DNA of 64,000 nucleotides, taken from NCBI RefSeq assembly GCF_963921235.1, contig NC_086108.1:82524001-82588000 (forward strand), given 5' to 3'. Both the position numbers and the translations under genes were made by a program. This DNA comes from Mobula hypostoma (lineage: Eukaryota). A model generated the notes under the pieces. The model saw only the letters and a list, made by a program, of their open reading frames with translations, was not told the DNA's origin and ran no database searches. Of the stretch, positions 1 to 13,854 are shown piece after piece; within the stretch, counting starts at the first letter, position 1; each line of letters starts with the position of its first letter.

Positions 1-502
1 TTGAAGTGGATGGGCTAGAGCACCATAAACGCATCCAGACATGGTCAAAAGGTTAAGTTGTTGTTCAGACCAAACATCAGAAAGGGGAAGAAATGTGATT
101 CTAGAACTTTGACTGTGGAATCATTGTTGGTGCCAGATGGGGTGGTTTGAGTATCTCAGAAACTGATGATCTCCTGGAATTTTCACATACAACAGTCTCT
201 AGAGCTCACAGAGCATGGTGCAGAAACCAAAAAGCATCCAGTGAGCTGCAGTTCTGTGGGCAAAAATGACTTGTTTTTGAGTGAGGTCAGATGGAAGTGG
301 TTGGACTGGTTCAAGCTTACAGGAAGATGACAGTAGCTTAAGTAGCCATGCGTTATAACAGCGGTGTGCAAAAGAGCATCTCTGAATGCCCAACATGTTG
401 AACCTTGAAGTGGATGGGTTACGGCAGCAGTATGCACAAACATACACTCAGTGCCCACTTCATGGGTACAGGAGATCTCTAATAAAGTAGCCACAGAGCG
501 TA
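1..502 (+). mobile_element. Degenerate Tc1/mariner element: transposase N-terminal (paired-like HTH) remnant plus terminal inverted repeat
   Basis: About 108-430 translates with stops to FDCGIIVGARWGGLSISETDDLLEFSHTTVSRAHRAW...SSELQFCGQK...LVQAYRK...SISE...TLKWMGYGSS, typical of fish Tc1 transposase N-termini. It ends in TIR-like AATAAAGTAGCCACAGAGCG followed by TA (481-502). The element runs off the window start. Confidence 0.85.
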
Positions 503-2539
503 TGTTGATATAATTGCAGCCAGAAGTGCAAGGTGAGACATTAGTAGTGAAGCGTATGAGGTTTCATGTTTCAGTCTTTGTTTCACTTTGGAACATTCCC
601 TTAAAAGTAAGAGCATCCTTTGATTATTATCTGTGTGTTTATACAAGCTATTTCATTTTCTTTCAACGACAGAATCTCTGGGTTGAACGTTACTTATTTT
701 CAGGTGATACCTGGCTCATCTTTGCTTGGGTACTCAATTATTGTTAATATTACCCTTATTACCCTTCCCTGAGATGGTTTAGGAATGAAGAGATTGCAAG
801 AATTGTGTGTTAGCAATTGCAAACCAAATGACAGGGAGATTGGTGATTAGAAAATCATGGCTCTGCTGATGTGCCTGATACAACAGACCTAAAGAACTGA
901 TCTTGATGTGCCCTGGTATAAATAACATTTTGGACCCTTATTCTCTCTCCTCACCTTGCTAACAGTCAAGAGAGTTTTATGCCATACTAGTTTTCAGTTT
1001 TCAAGGAAGGAAGCCTGAGTTAATTTGGAATTTACCATTTTTTTCAGCAATTCAGATTCTTAAATGCTTTATAGTCCTTTTGGGAGAGCAATGTGAAATC
1101 TTGCATGTTTTTTCCTCCAAAGAGAACAATATTGTTCTCAGATACACAGCATATTTCAATGTTTTAGTTACATTAAGAGCAGAGAAATATCATCTGTGGT
1201 TTAGAGTTAAAAGATCAAATATTAGTTTGTTTTTTACTCTGACTTCTTAAAATCTATTGGTGTAAAATTTGTGGTAATATTGAAAAGCTTTTCAGTGCAC
1301 TTCGGTACATGTAAACAATTCACCAACTTACCAATTTATTGAGAGTACTGCATGATTTAATTTTTTGGCTCATGTGAGTGGATTGAGAGTCAAAATATAG
1401 TGAGTTTTAGACTTTTATTTGCGATAGTTCAGCTTCTATTTTAATCCTTATTTAATTCTCTGTGACGTGTTTAAAATTTTTAGCTAAGACCAGTGCCTTT
1501 TTATGGCTGGTTTGCACCTTGCGCTTTTTCTTCAGTTTGACTGGCGATTTTGTCGGTTGGATGCTGATGATCTGACTGCACTGAGGCCTGACAAGAACCA
1601 GACCGAAGCAACAACTGACTGTGGCATTCAGGCCATGAGAAGATGGTGATGGGCTTCGCTTTTTGGTGGGTTGCAGTCACTGCACGGATGATACAGCAGA
1701 AACAAAACAAAAATAATGAGGTTTATTTTTGTAGCAAGCAAGAGTCACAGTAGTAAAGATCACTGAATGGCTTGGGCTTGACAGATCAAATTCATCTGGA
1801 ATATCAGTCAGGGAAATGAAGTTGAAGTCAAAGAGCAGGTCAGTCATGATGTCTCTTAATGGTAGGGTAGACTGAATGGCCAAACGTGGCTGACTGCAGT
1901 CTCAGTTTCTTGTGCTCCAGTCTATACCTTACCTATGACACTAAAGCATCTTACATCTTGCTTAACCTGTTTCAGAGACCCTGCTCCCAGTGTAGGTTGA
2001 ATACAGGGAAAGACGTGTCTACACCCATAATGCTGGAATTATTCAGAGGTGAAAATAAACCACTGTGGGCAGCAACAGCATGCTGGTAAGAACTGGCTGA
2101 CATCTGTTTGAGATACGACTGGGTGCATAAGAAACTTATACAGCTTTATCCTTGGCATTTAGTTCACAATTGATGGTGTAAGGTTATCAGACTGAAACAG
2201 CGCATTAGCCCTAATAATCTATGGTGACACTTAATCCCCACTGGCTCTTTCACCTGTCCTTCTTTGTCTAAAAGATTGTGAAATTGTTTTGTTATACTGT
2301 ACCCTGTTTCCAATGCTTGACATTGGCGCTGTGTACACAAAAGGGGGAATACTGGATATCTCAAAGTTGTGCAATTATTTTTATGAGAATATGTTCTTCC
2401 TTTGTTTATTTTAGGCTTTATTCTGAACCATTTTGAAAACTATGATCCTTCAAGATTATTATTAAACTATTTAATTTGTTTGAGTCTCCCTTCAAGTGTT
2501 GTCACACTGAACGTTTCCAAGGAGATGACGATTTCAAGG

Positions 2540-5271
2540 AACATGGTAACATAGAAAATAGATGCAGGAGTAGGCCATTCGGCCCTTTGAGCCTGCACCG
2601 CCATTTATTATGATCATGGCTGATCATCCAACTCAGAACCCTGCACCAGCCTTCCCTCCATACCCCCTGATCCCCGTAGCCACAAGGGCCATATCTAACT
2701 CCCTCTTAAATATAGCCAATGAACTGGCCTCAACTGTTTCCTGTGGCAGAGAATTCCACAGATTCACCACTCTGTGTGAAGAAGTTTTTCCTAATCTCGG
2801 TCCCAAAAGGCTTCTCCTTTAACCTCAAACTGTGACCCCTCGTTCTGGACTTCCCCAACATCGGGAACAATCTTCCTGCATCCAGCCTGTCCAATCCCTT
2901 TAGGATTTTATACGTTTCAATCAGATCCCCCCTCAATCTTCTAAATTCCAACGAGTACAAGCTCAGTTCATCCAGTCTTTCTTCATATGAAAGTCCTGCC
3001 ATCCCAGGAATCAATCTGGTGAACCTTCTTTGTACTCCCTCTATGGCAAGGATGTCTTTCCTCAGATTAGGGGACCAAAACTGCACACAATACTCCAGGT
3101 GTGGTCTCACCAAGGCCTTGTACAACTGCAGTAGTACCTCCCTCCTCCTGTACTCAAATCCTCTCGCTATAAATGCCAGCATACCATTCGTCCTTTTCAC
3201 CGCCTGCTGTACCTGCATGCCCACTTTCAATGACTGGTGTATAATGACACCCAGGTCTCGTTGCACCTCCCCTTTTCCTAATCGGCCACCATTCAGATAA
3301 TAATCTGTTTTCCTATTTTTGCCACCAAAGTGGATAACTTCACATTTATCCACATTAAATTGCATCTGCCATGAATTTGCCCACTCACCCAACCTATCCA
3401 AGTCACCCTGCATCCTCTTAGCATCCTCCTCACAGCTAACACTGCCGCCCAGCTTCGTGTCATCCGCAAACTTGGAGATGCTGCATTTAATTCCCTCATC
3501 CAAGTCATTAATATATATTGTAAACAACTGGGGTCCCAGCACTGAGCCTTGCGGTACCCCACTAGTCACTGCCTGCCATTCTGAAAAGGTCCCGTTTATT
3601 CCCACTCTTTGCTTCCTGTCTGCTAACCAATTCTCTATCCACATCAATACCTTACCCCCAATACCGTGTGCTTTAAGTTTGCACACTAATCTCCTGTGTG
3701 GGACCCTGTCAAAAGCCTTTTGAAAATCCAAATATACCACATCCACTGGTTCTCCCCTATCCTTTCTACTAGTTACATCCTCAAAAAATTCTATGAGATT
3801 CGTCAGACATGATTTTCCTTTCACAAATCCATGCTGACTTTGTCCGATAATTTCACCGCCTTCCAAATGTGCTGTTATCACATCTTTGATAACTGACTCC
3901 AGCAGTTTCCCCACCGCCGACGTTAGGCTAACCGGTCTATAATTCCCCGGTTTCTCTCTCCGTCCTTTTTTAAAAAGTGGGGTTACATTAGCCACCCTCC
4001 AATCCTCAGGAACTAGTCCAGAATCTAACGAGTTTTGAAAAATTATCACTAATGCATCCACTATTTCTTGGGCTACTTCCTTAAGCACTCTGGGATGCAG
4101 ACCATCTGGCCCTGGGGATTTATCTGCCTTCAATCCCTTCAATTTACCCAACACCACTTCCCTACTAACATGTAATTCGCTCAGTTCCTCCATCTCACTG
4201 GACCCTCTGTCCCCTACTATTTCTGGAAGATTATTTATGTCCTCCTTAGTGAAGACAGAACCAAAGTAATTATTCAATTGGTCTGCCATGTCCTTGCTCC
4301 CCATAATCAACTCACCTGTTTCCGTCTGTAGGGGACCTACATTTGTCTTTACCAGTCTTTTCCTTTTTACATATCTATAAAAGCTTTTACAGTCAGTTTT
4401 TATGTTTCCTGCCAGTTTTCTCTCAATCTTTTTTCCCCTTCCTAATTAAGTCCTTTGTCCTCCTCTGCTGAACTTTGAATTTCTCCCAGTCCTCAGGTGA
4501 GCCACTTTTTCTGGCTAATTTGTATGCTTCTTCTTTGGAATTGATACTATCCCTAATTTCTTTTGTCAGCCACGGGTGCACTACCTTCCTTGATTTATTC
4601 TTTTGCCAAACTGGGATGAACAATTGTTGTAGTTCATCCATGCAATCCTTAAATGCTTGCCATTGCATATCCACCGTTAATCCTTTAAGTGTCTTTTGCC
4701 AGTCTATCTTAGCTAATTCACGTCTCATACCTTCAAAGTTACCCCACTTTAAGTTCAGAACCTTTGTTTCTGAATTAACTATGTCACTCTCCATCTTAAT
4801 GAAGAATTCCACCATATTATGGTCACTCTTACCCAAGGGTCCTCACACGACAAGATTGCTAATTAATCCTTCCTCATTGCTCAAAACCCAGTCCAGAATA
4901 GCCTGCTCTCTAGTTGGTTCCTCGACATGTTGGTTCAAAAAACCATCCCGCATACATTCCAAGAAATCCTCTTCCTCAGCACCTTTACCAATTTGGTTCA
5001 CCCAATCTACATGTAGATTGAAGTTACCCATTATAACTGCTGTTCCTTTATTGCACACATTTCTAATTTCCTGTTTAATACCATCTCCGACCTCACTACT
5101 ACTGTTAGGTGGCCTGTACACAACTCCCACCAGCGTTTTCTGCCCCTTAGTGTTACGCAGCTCTACCCATATCGATTCCACATCTTCCCGGCTTATGTCC
5201 TTCCTTTCTATTGCGTTAATCTCATCCTTAACCAGCAACGCCACCCCACCTCCTTTTCTTTCATGTCTATC
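2540..5271 (-). mobile_element. CR1-clade LINE, 5'-truncated, young but inactivated (partial APE endonuclease, RT, 3' UTR)
   Basis: ORF pieces 4843-5292 (GGGVALL, VVYRPP, MGNFNL, ILDWVL), 4423-4836 (SDHN) and 2730-4310 (KSPGPDG, NYRPVSL, DFQKAFD, GVPQGSVLGP, KFADDT). The 3' UTR ends in a TTCTATGT-type tail near 2540-2560. Confidence 0.97.
2730..5271 (-). pseudogene. CR1 ORF2 (endonuclease-reverse transcriptase) pseudogene
   Basis: Three visible lesions: an in-frame TGA at 4843-4845, a frameshift near 4425 (KGKKD*, with RKLAGNIKTDCKSFYRY resuming in another frame), and a frameshift near 2770 (FTQSGES instead of FTQRVVNLWNSLPQ). Confidence 0.93.
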
Positions 5272-6264
5272 ACTTTTTAAGGAGTGTATCAAATGTGCCT
5301 TAATTTATCAAACAAACACATATATTAGAAACAAAATGATAAAGGAGAAAGGTACTGCCAAGCTGGTGATGAGGTATTAAGGGGAAATAACAATTCATTT
5401 TTTAAAATTTTAAATTAAAAAATTCAGCAGATGCTGGAATTCTAAAATAAAATACTAGAAATGCTCAACAGGTAAAGCAGCATCTGAGGAAAGAAAATCT
5501 GAAGTCATTTTTGTGTTGGAGATCTTTAGTTGGAGCTGAAAATTTGGCTGTGAATGTCTCTCCTAGGGTCAGAAGTTTCTTGTTATCACATTTTAAGTTT
5601 TCTGTATTCTCCGTACAAAAATATTACACACAGCAATATGAAGTTCTACCATTTAATGTCCCCCTTTAAGTTCTGAAGTGCCTTTTATCAAAATAATCAA
5701 GGCAGTTTATTTCAGAACAATGGATTCATGACCTTAGTATTCACCAGAAGTTTTTTTTACGTCCACTGATTAGTGAGTTGTGGCTGGGACATAGTAAACA
5801 TGATTGTCTGTGTGCACAACACAATCTCTCAACAACAATGCAATGAATGGTTAATTAGGTTATTGCTCACATTGAAAAACATTGCAATGTGAGGGCTCAG
5901 AGAACACTTCAAAAAGATTAAAAAAAGCTACCAAATTTTCAAGAAGCACTGCAATGTCATCAAATAGCGACGCTGCTGTAATTTTTTGATCTTATTGGCA
6001 AAGGTTCAGTGTGCAATCAGCAAGTTAAAGGTACAAGTTATAAATGCAGCCAGAAATTATCGTTAATCTTTTTCATACTTTTATTTCTTCATTTTACCCA
6101 TTATTCATTATTTACTCAAAACACCACCGACTTCAAAATATTAGTCTCAACCCCTTACCACTCAGGTTATTTCCCATTTAATTCAATTATTACATGGAGC
6201 TGCTTTAATAGAATTGATTCCCCTCTTATCTTAGACTGAAATGGGAAGGTTGTTTTACGAGGAG

Positions 6265-6796
6265 ATGTTGGAAGTATCCTGACTGTTTGCATCAATGTCT
6301 GGTGTTGCCATTTGAATGCACAAGAATGTAAGGAGTTACAGAGTGTAGCGGACTCTGCCCAGAACATCACGGGCACATCCCTCCCCACTATTGGTAACAT
6401 CTACAGGAGGCCCTGCTTCGAGAAAGCAAGGTCCATCGAAGATATGGACCGTGCCATTTATCGCAGCTGTTATAGAGCAGGAAGTACAGAAGTTCCACAC
6501 CACCAAGGTCAAGAACAGCTACTCCCCTTCAACTACTTGGTTCTTGAAAAACTAGTAAAACCCTAATTACAACAGTTAACCAACACTCTGACCACTTTGA
6601 TCAGTTTCCTTTAAAATCAACGATTTTTTGTTATAATTGTGTTCTTTCTTGTAAAAATTGTGTATAACATTTAATTGATTTTTTTTTATGAATGCTGCTT
6701 ATATGATGCCACATGCTGTAATGCTGCTGCGAGCAAGTTTTTCTTTGCCCCTGTACATTTGTATACTTCTGCACGTGACAATAAACTTGACTTTGA
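6265..6796 (+). mobile_element. Rex1/Babar-like LINE 3' fragment
   Basis: Peptide remnant ELQSVADSAQNITGTSLPTIGNIYRRPCFEKA...; AATAAACTTGACTTTGA tail; homologous to 18240-18808. Confidence 0.7.
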
Positions 6797-7182
6797 GGCT
6801 CAACATGCTTGGTTGGCTTCTGCTGGAGATGAGTTCAATGAGAAGTGACTTGATGAAACATAAATGATGTCTTGACGGGGTACATTTAGAGAGAATTGTT
6901 CTTGTAGGGGAATCCGGAACTGGTATCAGTTTGAGAACTAGATATTGCACATTTAACAAGTGATCGGGGAGATAATCTCCCTTTTTTAAAGGGTTGTGGA
7001 GTCAGTTTTTGAATAGTTTCAAGGCTGACCTTGCCAGATTATTGATAAAACAAGGTGCTGAGAGGTTACTATGGGTAGGCAGGAATGAGAAATGCAGGCT
7101 TTAATGGGCTGAATAGTTAACATCTGATCTGAATTTGTACATCCATTATATTCCTAAATAAATGCAGTAGGAACACATAATA

Positions 7183-7197
7183 CCACTGGAGGGCGCT
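7183..7197 (+). promoter_or_regulatory. Candidate CTCF site
   Basis: CCACTGGAGGGCGCT is one mismatch from the CTCF core CCACTAGAGGGCGC and lies in apparently non-repeat sequence. Confidence 0.45.
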
Positions 7198-7689
7198 GGT
7201 CATCTTCCTCCAGCATCGTTGACCGATTCTCATTTATAGGGGTGGTTGATCATTTAACTCGCGACAGGAGCAGTTAAATCTATAGTGCAGACTGTGTTCA
7301 CATTTAAACACTTGCGAAGATGTTTATCCTTGGCCTGGATTTAAACCGGAGAGTAATGATGATAGAAGTATCATGTATTTAGAATGAACTCCTGGGGAGT
7401 CCAGTGATTAAATACACTGAAGGTTAATTTCCATTTTGTTCAATTCAGTTCATTGAGATGCTTTAGTGGAAATGAACGTTCTCATTACCAGATAGTCCCA
7501 AATTGAGCAAAACCCATTATTTGTGATCTAAATAAACCAGGAATCAATCAATCTTCTGAAAACGTCTCTCACGGAAGAGCAGCAAGCGAATAATCTAATT
7601 AGTGGAATCAGAATTCTATATTTGCCATTTCCCAGTAATCAGCTATAAATCAGTCTTTGATATAAACTTCCACAAGTACATAAGAAGGA

Positions 7690-8919
7690 AGTGAATAATA
7701 AAACTGGGGTCTCTTCATGATGAGACAGGAAAATTAATAAAGGAGAGGAAGAAAATGTCAGAGATACATTGTTCATGTTAGAAGACATTTAAAGCAGCCA
7801 AACGATATGAGAACAATTGTAGGCAAGAGTGAAGGAGGAACTCAAAGTATCACATGCAGAGGAGAAAAGGTGCTAGACATCTAATGGGACTTAAGGCTAA
7901 CAGGAGTGTTTGGTGTGATGCTGTGATTCTATGTTACTTTATGAGGTTCTGGGCTGCTTAAAGAAATGGCTGTAGAGATAATGAATATCGTATAGTAATA
8001 CTGCACACAACCAGGTCTCTCAGTCCGTGCAGACCAATGTGCCCATCTTGCTTGTATTTGGATGTATTAGGTGTGATCTTCCAACGTTGCTTGGATTTTG
8101 GAAATGTCTGATGCAACTGGGAAGCAAATATATAATACCCCTTTTCAGGGCAGTAAGGAAACAATAAGTGAGGAACTCTTCAGTGGGCTGAATGTCTACT
8201 ATTGGGAACATGCTGGAATCCATTTTTAGGAAGGGTTCAATTAATCTGAGTCAACATGGGTTTATGAAAAGGAATTGGGTTTCACAAATTTATTCATCTT
8301 CTGGGAGGATGGTACAAACTAGCTGGATAATGGGGAATCAGTGGAGGTAGTGAATTCAGATTTTCAAAAGCATTCAAGAGCTCATGGTCTTGTATTTCAG
8401 AAAATAAGCGCATCCCTTAGAACAGGGTGCAGATCTGTGGAATTCATTGGCACAGAGGGTTGTGGAGGCCAAGTCATTGGATATTTAAAGTGGGATAAAT
8501 TAGTAGGTTCTTGATTACTGTGGGTGTCAAAGCTTATAGGACAATGGCGAGGGGGATGGGGTTAAGGGGGATAATAAATCAACCTGATTGAATGGAAGAG
8601 CAGACTTGATAGAGTAAATGGCCTAATTCTTACTCTCATGGTCTTATAGTTTAGCAATTGTTTGCTAATAGGAAATAGAGAATTGGGACAATTTGTTTCC
8701 TGGCTGTACGTAATAGGTGTCTCAGTGGTTAGTGTTGAGCCTCTTCTATTTACAAGCTATGCTAGTAACTAAGGTGAAAGAACTAAGTGTATTATAGCCA
8801 AATTTGCTGATGGCAGACACTCAATGATTCAGGAGCAGCCTCTTCCCCTCTGGGCATTGAACCCGTGAACACTACCTCACTACTTTTTATTGCACTACTC
8901 TTCTAATATATATACATTA

Positions 8920-8974
<55 letters not shown>

Positions 8975-9575
8975 TCAGTTTGTTATGTATTGCATTGTAC
9001 TGCTGCCACAAAAAGAACAATTTTCACTACGCACTGCATGCTGCTGATATTAAACCTGATTCTGATACAAGCCTAGGCGGGAGAGTAAAGGGTCTGCAAA
9101 AGGGTATGAATAGGTCACGTGAGTCTGGGAGATGGAGTAGAGTTGAGGGAAAGATGTGATTACCCATTTTGAGGAAAGGAATAGTAAAACAGAATATTGT
9201 TAAATAGAGATTATAGGATGCTACTGTTCAGAGGGATCTGGGTAGTCACTAGCATGTAGGATTAGCAAATAGTCAGGAGGAGAAATAGAATGCCAGCAAG
9301 AGGCATGGAGAAAAAAAGCAGAAAAGTCTGGGCACAGCTGTATAGGACACTGGTAAATCCATTTCTTATGATTTCATTTGGTCTCTTCATTTAAGAAGCG
9401 ATGATATTATGAAGGAGGCTGTTTGTAGAAGTTTCACTAGTCCAGTGATTAGACTGACATGGAGAAAATTTGATCAGTTTGAGAATAAGCACTTTGGAAG
9501 CATACAAGGCAATCTTAGTGAAACACGAAAGGCCCTGAGGTGGTTTGACAGGGTAACTGCTGAGGGGAAAAAAGA
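7690..9575 (+). mobile_element. Old, fragmented CR1 LINE ORF2 pieces with nested insertions
   Basis: Decayed motifs (SQHGFMK near 8250, DFQKAF near 8360, AKFAD near 8800) and an inserted CR1 3' end at about 8400-8650. Confidence 0.7.
8921..8969. repeat. (AC)24 microsatellite inside a Rex1-like 3' tail
   Basis: Perfect AC dinucleotide run. Confidence 0.98.
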
Positions 9576-10879
9576 ATAAAATAATGCAAATCCTCAGCAG
9601 GTCAGGTAGGATCTGCAGGGCATGAACAAAAGCCAATCTTTCTGATTGATGACCTCTAATCAGAGCTGGGAAATTTTAAAATAAACCATGTTATAAGTTG
9701 TAGAGAAAAGGGAGGGGGGAGGGAGCAGCAGGGGATGGAGAGAACTATGGAATGTCTGAGAAGGGGTCAGGACTAGGAGCTGAGGGGCTTCCCCTCCAGT
9801 TGGAGAACCTAGAACTGGGGACATACTTTTTGAGTAAGGGACGACAAGGAAGCCCTTCTAGAAAGCGAGATCCTTTGGAATCTTTTCCCCGACGAGCTGT
9901 GGAAATGGGATCAATGAATATATTCAAGGCTGAGGCAGGTTTTTGCATTGCAGTGTTTCACGTAGAGCTGACAGGAGATGAGCAAGAGTTGATTACTCCT
10001 CCTACCCATTACACTGCTGGCGTGGAGGGCAGCAATGAAGGTCCTCCATCTCTGGATGTGTACATCCATGTCAGTGGCTTCAAGAGTTGATTGGCCATGA
10101 ACTAAAACAGCAAAGTAGTCTGAAGCAGCCAAATGGCCGACTCGTGATTCGATTTGCATTTATATGACATCTCAGCTATTTAATTCTGGGACTGAATATT
10201 ACCCTGTGCAACAAATAATAGACTACTGGCACCCACTGTCAGCACAAGAGGAATAGCCTAGTAAACACAAACAGATCCAACTTCAGAAAAGGGAGCTGCA
10301 GATTGCTGATTATATATGACAGAGACATCAGCAGTGATTTTTTTGGAAACCTTCAGAAATAGGAGAGCTGAAAATATTCAAAATGTTTCTGACAGGCTTT
10401 TATACTGCCACAGAAATGTATGAGTGAATTCAAGGAAATTTCCAGGAATGTATAGTGATATTTTAAAGACATTTTGTAATGAATATTTAAAAGAAGAGTG
10501 GTCCAGGATGCTTGTGATGATGTGTGACATTTTCTGGGGATTATTGTAGTTTCCCAGTTCTGGATTCTAATGTAATTGTTCCATACAGGCTGTTACTAAT
10601 TATTTGTTCATGGGATGTGGATATTGCTGTCAATGTCAGCATTTCTTCTGCCTGTCTAATGGTACCTTAGTTAAGACATCAATCACGCTGACGTGCCTGG
10701 AGTCACAGGTAGGCCAACCTGGGTAGGAAAGGCAGATTGTTCTCCCTGAAGAATTCCTGTGAACTGGATGGGTTTAAATGGAAATTCAGTAGTACTATGG
10801 TTATGGTTACTAGGAATTAGTTTCTAAACCAGATTTATTTAATTAATTGAATTTAAATTTCCATGCTGATTCTCTTTCA

Positions 10880-11630
10880 TGTCTCTGGCTGCGAGAGAAG
10901 ATCTTTAGCAAAGCACAAAATGCTGGGAGAATGCAGCAGGTTAGGCAGCGAACAGGGAGGGAAATGAACAGTTGCTGTTTCAGGCCAAGATCCTTCGTCT
11001 GGACTGGAAAAGAAGGGGACAGAAACAAGAATAAGAAAGAAGGGAGAGGAGCACAAGCATGGGGGTGGTGGGCTGGGGGGTGGTGCGTGGGCAGGGGGAG
11101 AGAAGGGGGATGAAAGGGAATGATATAAGAAGCTACCAGTGATAGGTGGAGAGGCAAAGGGCAAAAGAAAGAATCTGACAGGAGAGGATAGTAGACCATG
11201 ATATAAAAGGAAGAAGGTGGGAACTAGAGGGAGATGATGTTCAGGTTGTGTGGGCAGGGGAGGAAAAGAGAAGGGGTGAGATTGCCACTGAAATGTGGAA
11301 AAGCAGAGGAAAATAGGGGAGCAGTTACCTAAAGCTAGAGAAATTGATGCTGATGTCATTAGATTAGCAACCACCAAGACGGGATATATTATATTGTCCT
11401 CAACCAACGCCTGGCAATAGAGGAGGCTGTGGACAGACATGTTGGTGTGGGAATGGGAAGTGGAATTGAAATGGGTGGCCATTGGAAGATTCTGGCTGTT
11501 GTGTTGGACGAAGTGAAGATACTCTGAGCAGTCTCCCATTCCACTGATGTGGAGGCGGCCAGACTGGGAGCACCAAATGCAATAAAGTGACCCTGGCGGA
11601 TTCAGGTGAAGCCCTGCCTCACCTGGACTG
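10880..11630 (-). mobile_element. Penelope-like element 3' portion (GIY-YIG C-terminus, pyrimidine-rich UTR, terminal repeat)
   Basis: Remnant EYLHFVQHNSQNLPMATHFNSTSHSHTNMSVHSLLYCQ, homologous to 51011-51590. Decayed hammerhead-like motif at 10969-11006. Confidence 0.8.
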
Positions 11631-11949
11631 GTTGGTGAGAAAGGGCCAAATCATTAGCCAATGTACTCACGTGCGCAGATGATCATAGCACAGGAATCGA
11701 TGAGACTTTCAAATTTGTAGAGGCTCTCAAGAACAAATTTTATTTGTTGACTAAGTCATGATAGAACTTCGCACAGCCAAGTGCAAGTCTAGGGCTCCAG
11801 GGAAGCGGAACAGAATAACCTCTCTTCTCTATCCTAGGCACAAGTGATGCTGCGGATGCTTGAAATTCAGGGCAACACACACAAGATGCTGGAGGAACCC
11901 AGCAGGTCAGGCGGTATCTATGGAGAGGAATAGCAAGAAATACAAGAAA

Positions 11950-12200
11950 GGGCACCACGGAAGTGTAGTGGCTAGCGCAGCACTTCTACAGCTAGGGGGC
12001 GTCAGAGCTCAGAGTTTGACTCTGAAGTTATCTGCATGCTATGAATGCATGGGTTTCCTCTGGGTGCTCTGATTTCCTCCCACAGTCTAAAACGTACCAG
12101 TTAGTAGTTTATTTGGTCATTGTAATTTGTCCCGTGATGGTGATGCAGCTCGAAGGGCTGGAAGGGCCAACTCTTTATGATCTCGAAACAAACAAATAAA
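11950..12200 (+). mobile_element. tRNA-derived V-domain SINE (HE1-like)
   Basis: tRNA-like head; central GGGTTTCCTCTGGGTGCTCTGATTTCCTCCCACAGTCTAAA V-domain-like block; A-rich tail. Confidence 0.75.
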
Positions 12201-13854
12201 ATGCTTGTAGTTCCAAAAATAAATTGCTGCAGGCGCTGGGAATCTGAAAGATAAACAGAAAGCTCTGGAAATACTTAGTAGATCAGGTAGCTTCTGCAGA
12301 GAAACGGGCGATGCTTCAAGTCAACGACATTTCATCTGAACTGTGAAAAGTTAGAGGTAAAACATGCATTAAGGTGCAGTGAAAGTGGGAAGGGCAGCAG
12401 AGAACAAAAGGGGAGATTAGTGATAAAGTGAAGGCAGAAGGGATTAAATAATGAAAGGGCGATTGAGCGAAGTGAAAGAAGTTGGTGATGACAATCCAGG
12501 TATTGAATAACAAACATTAATGGCTTAACACCCTTTTTCTCCTGGCTACATCACTATTCTCTTACTTAATCTCTCTTGCATCCCACTTTAACCCTAATAT
12601 GTTTTAAATACAACCTATGTACGTTGAATAAACAGTGAAACAAAATGCCCTGGCTGTACCTGTCTATGACAACAGCTGGATTTCATGATGGAGAACATTG
12701 TCAATTCTTCCTGGATGGATAACTGAGAATCTCTCCCTTCTCGTAGTCTATTAATTTTGTGATTCAAATTTAACAGAATGTTAAATAAAATTAACAGTGT
12801 CTAATTATGTAACCTTTGTAATTAAATACTGAATATATTTCTAGTTATATAACATAAACCATATTATAAAGGATCTATATTATGAAATAATGTCGTTTCA
12901 ATGGATGTTATGTTGTGGTGGAGGAGATGAAGGAGGTCAGGGTGCAATTGGAATCCTAGCCATACCAGGTTCCAGATTTTAACCTGCATTATCTCTGTCA
13001 GATCCTGGGCTTCCCCGGAAATTCTGCAGGTCATGTCACTAGTAGGATTAATACATATGCAGTAATCTGAGTGTTTGCTCAGTGCTATCCCCATAACGTG
13101 GTAAGGAATTGGAAATGAATCTTACAGAGAATGGATGAAATAAGCGGTTTCCATATTACTGAAAAATGTCAGTGTATCTATTGGAATAACAAGGGTGATC
13201 TGCAATGCAAGTTTAAAAACAAGGTTTCGCCCAACACACAATGCTATGGTGCAGCTGTGTGGGTTCAATGACAAGAGTTCTAATTGCTGAAAATTAACTC
13301 GTTGATTCATTCAAGTCAATTCTTTTTCTGGGAAATGGTTGCATTTCCCTGACTGCTCCACATGACTATCAGATAAGACCACCACAGGTTGGGCTCGACC
13401 TACTAAGCTCCTCCAACAGATTGTTGTTCCAGGTTCCAGTATCTGCAATCTCTTATGTCACCAGTTAATGGGTTCAGAAAGATACCTCGCCATTCTGAAT
13501 TCATCTATGCACACAGTATGCCCCAGCATTTAATGTGAATAAGTGGAATTCACTGACATGGAAGAATCCTCCATGCAAAGATCCTTTCTGTATCTGTATC
13601 TGTTGGGTGTAAATTCATGATGATCCCGGGTACCCAGCAGCTGTGATGTTGTCTGCAAGATGTCTGAACAGCCGTCACATTAAAATCCAGGATGAGGTGA
13701 GTCGACAGATGCCAGCTCTCAGCAACGGCAGGCTGGGCTCATATTGGGATTATTAAAGGGAATTTGCCCCTGCAATCTTAATCCAGCCACACCTGGAGAT
13801 CAAGGAACAAAGTAAATCCAGCATTTTGTTTTCACTTACTTTAATATTTTGATT

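Noticed and set aside
1976..2085. Possible exon (TTTCAG acceptor, GTAAGA donor)
   Set aside because: The one open frame gives no recognisable peptide, and such signals are expected by chance in 64 kb.
3019..5380. Long + strand ORFs (3019-3300, 3319-3723, 4475-5380)
   Set aside because: They are antisense shadows of CR1 ORF2.
13646..13702. Possible first coding exon MLSARCLNSRHIKIQDE with GAG|GTGAGT donor
   Set aside because: No recognisable homology, promoter or partner exon; it needs RNA-seq support.
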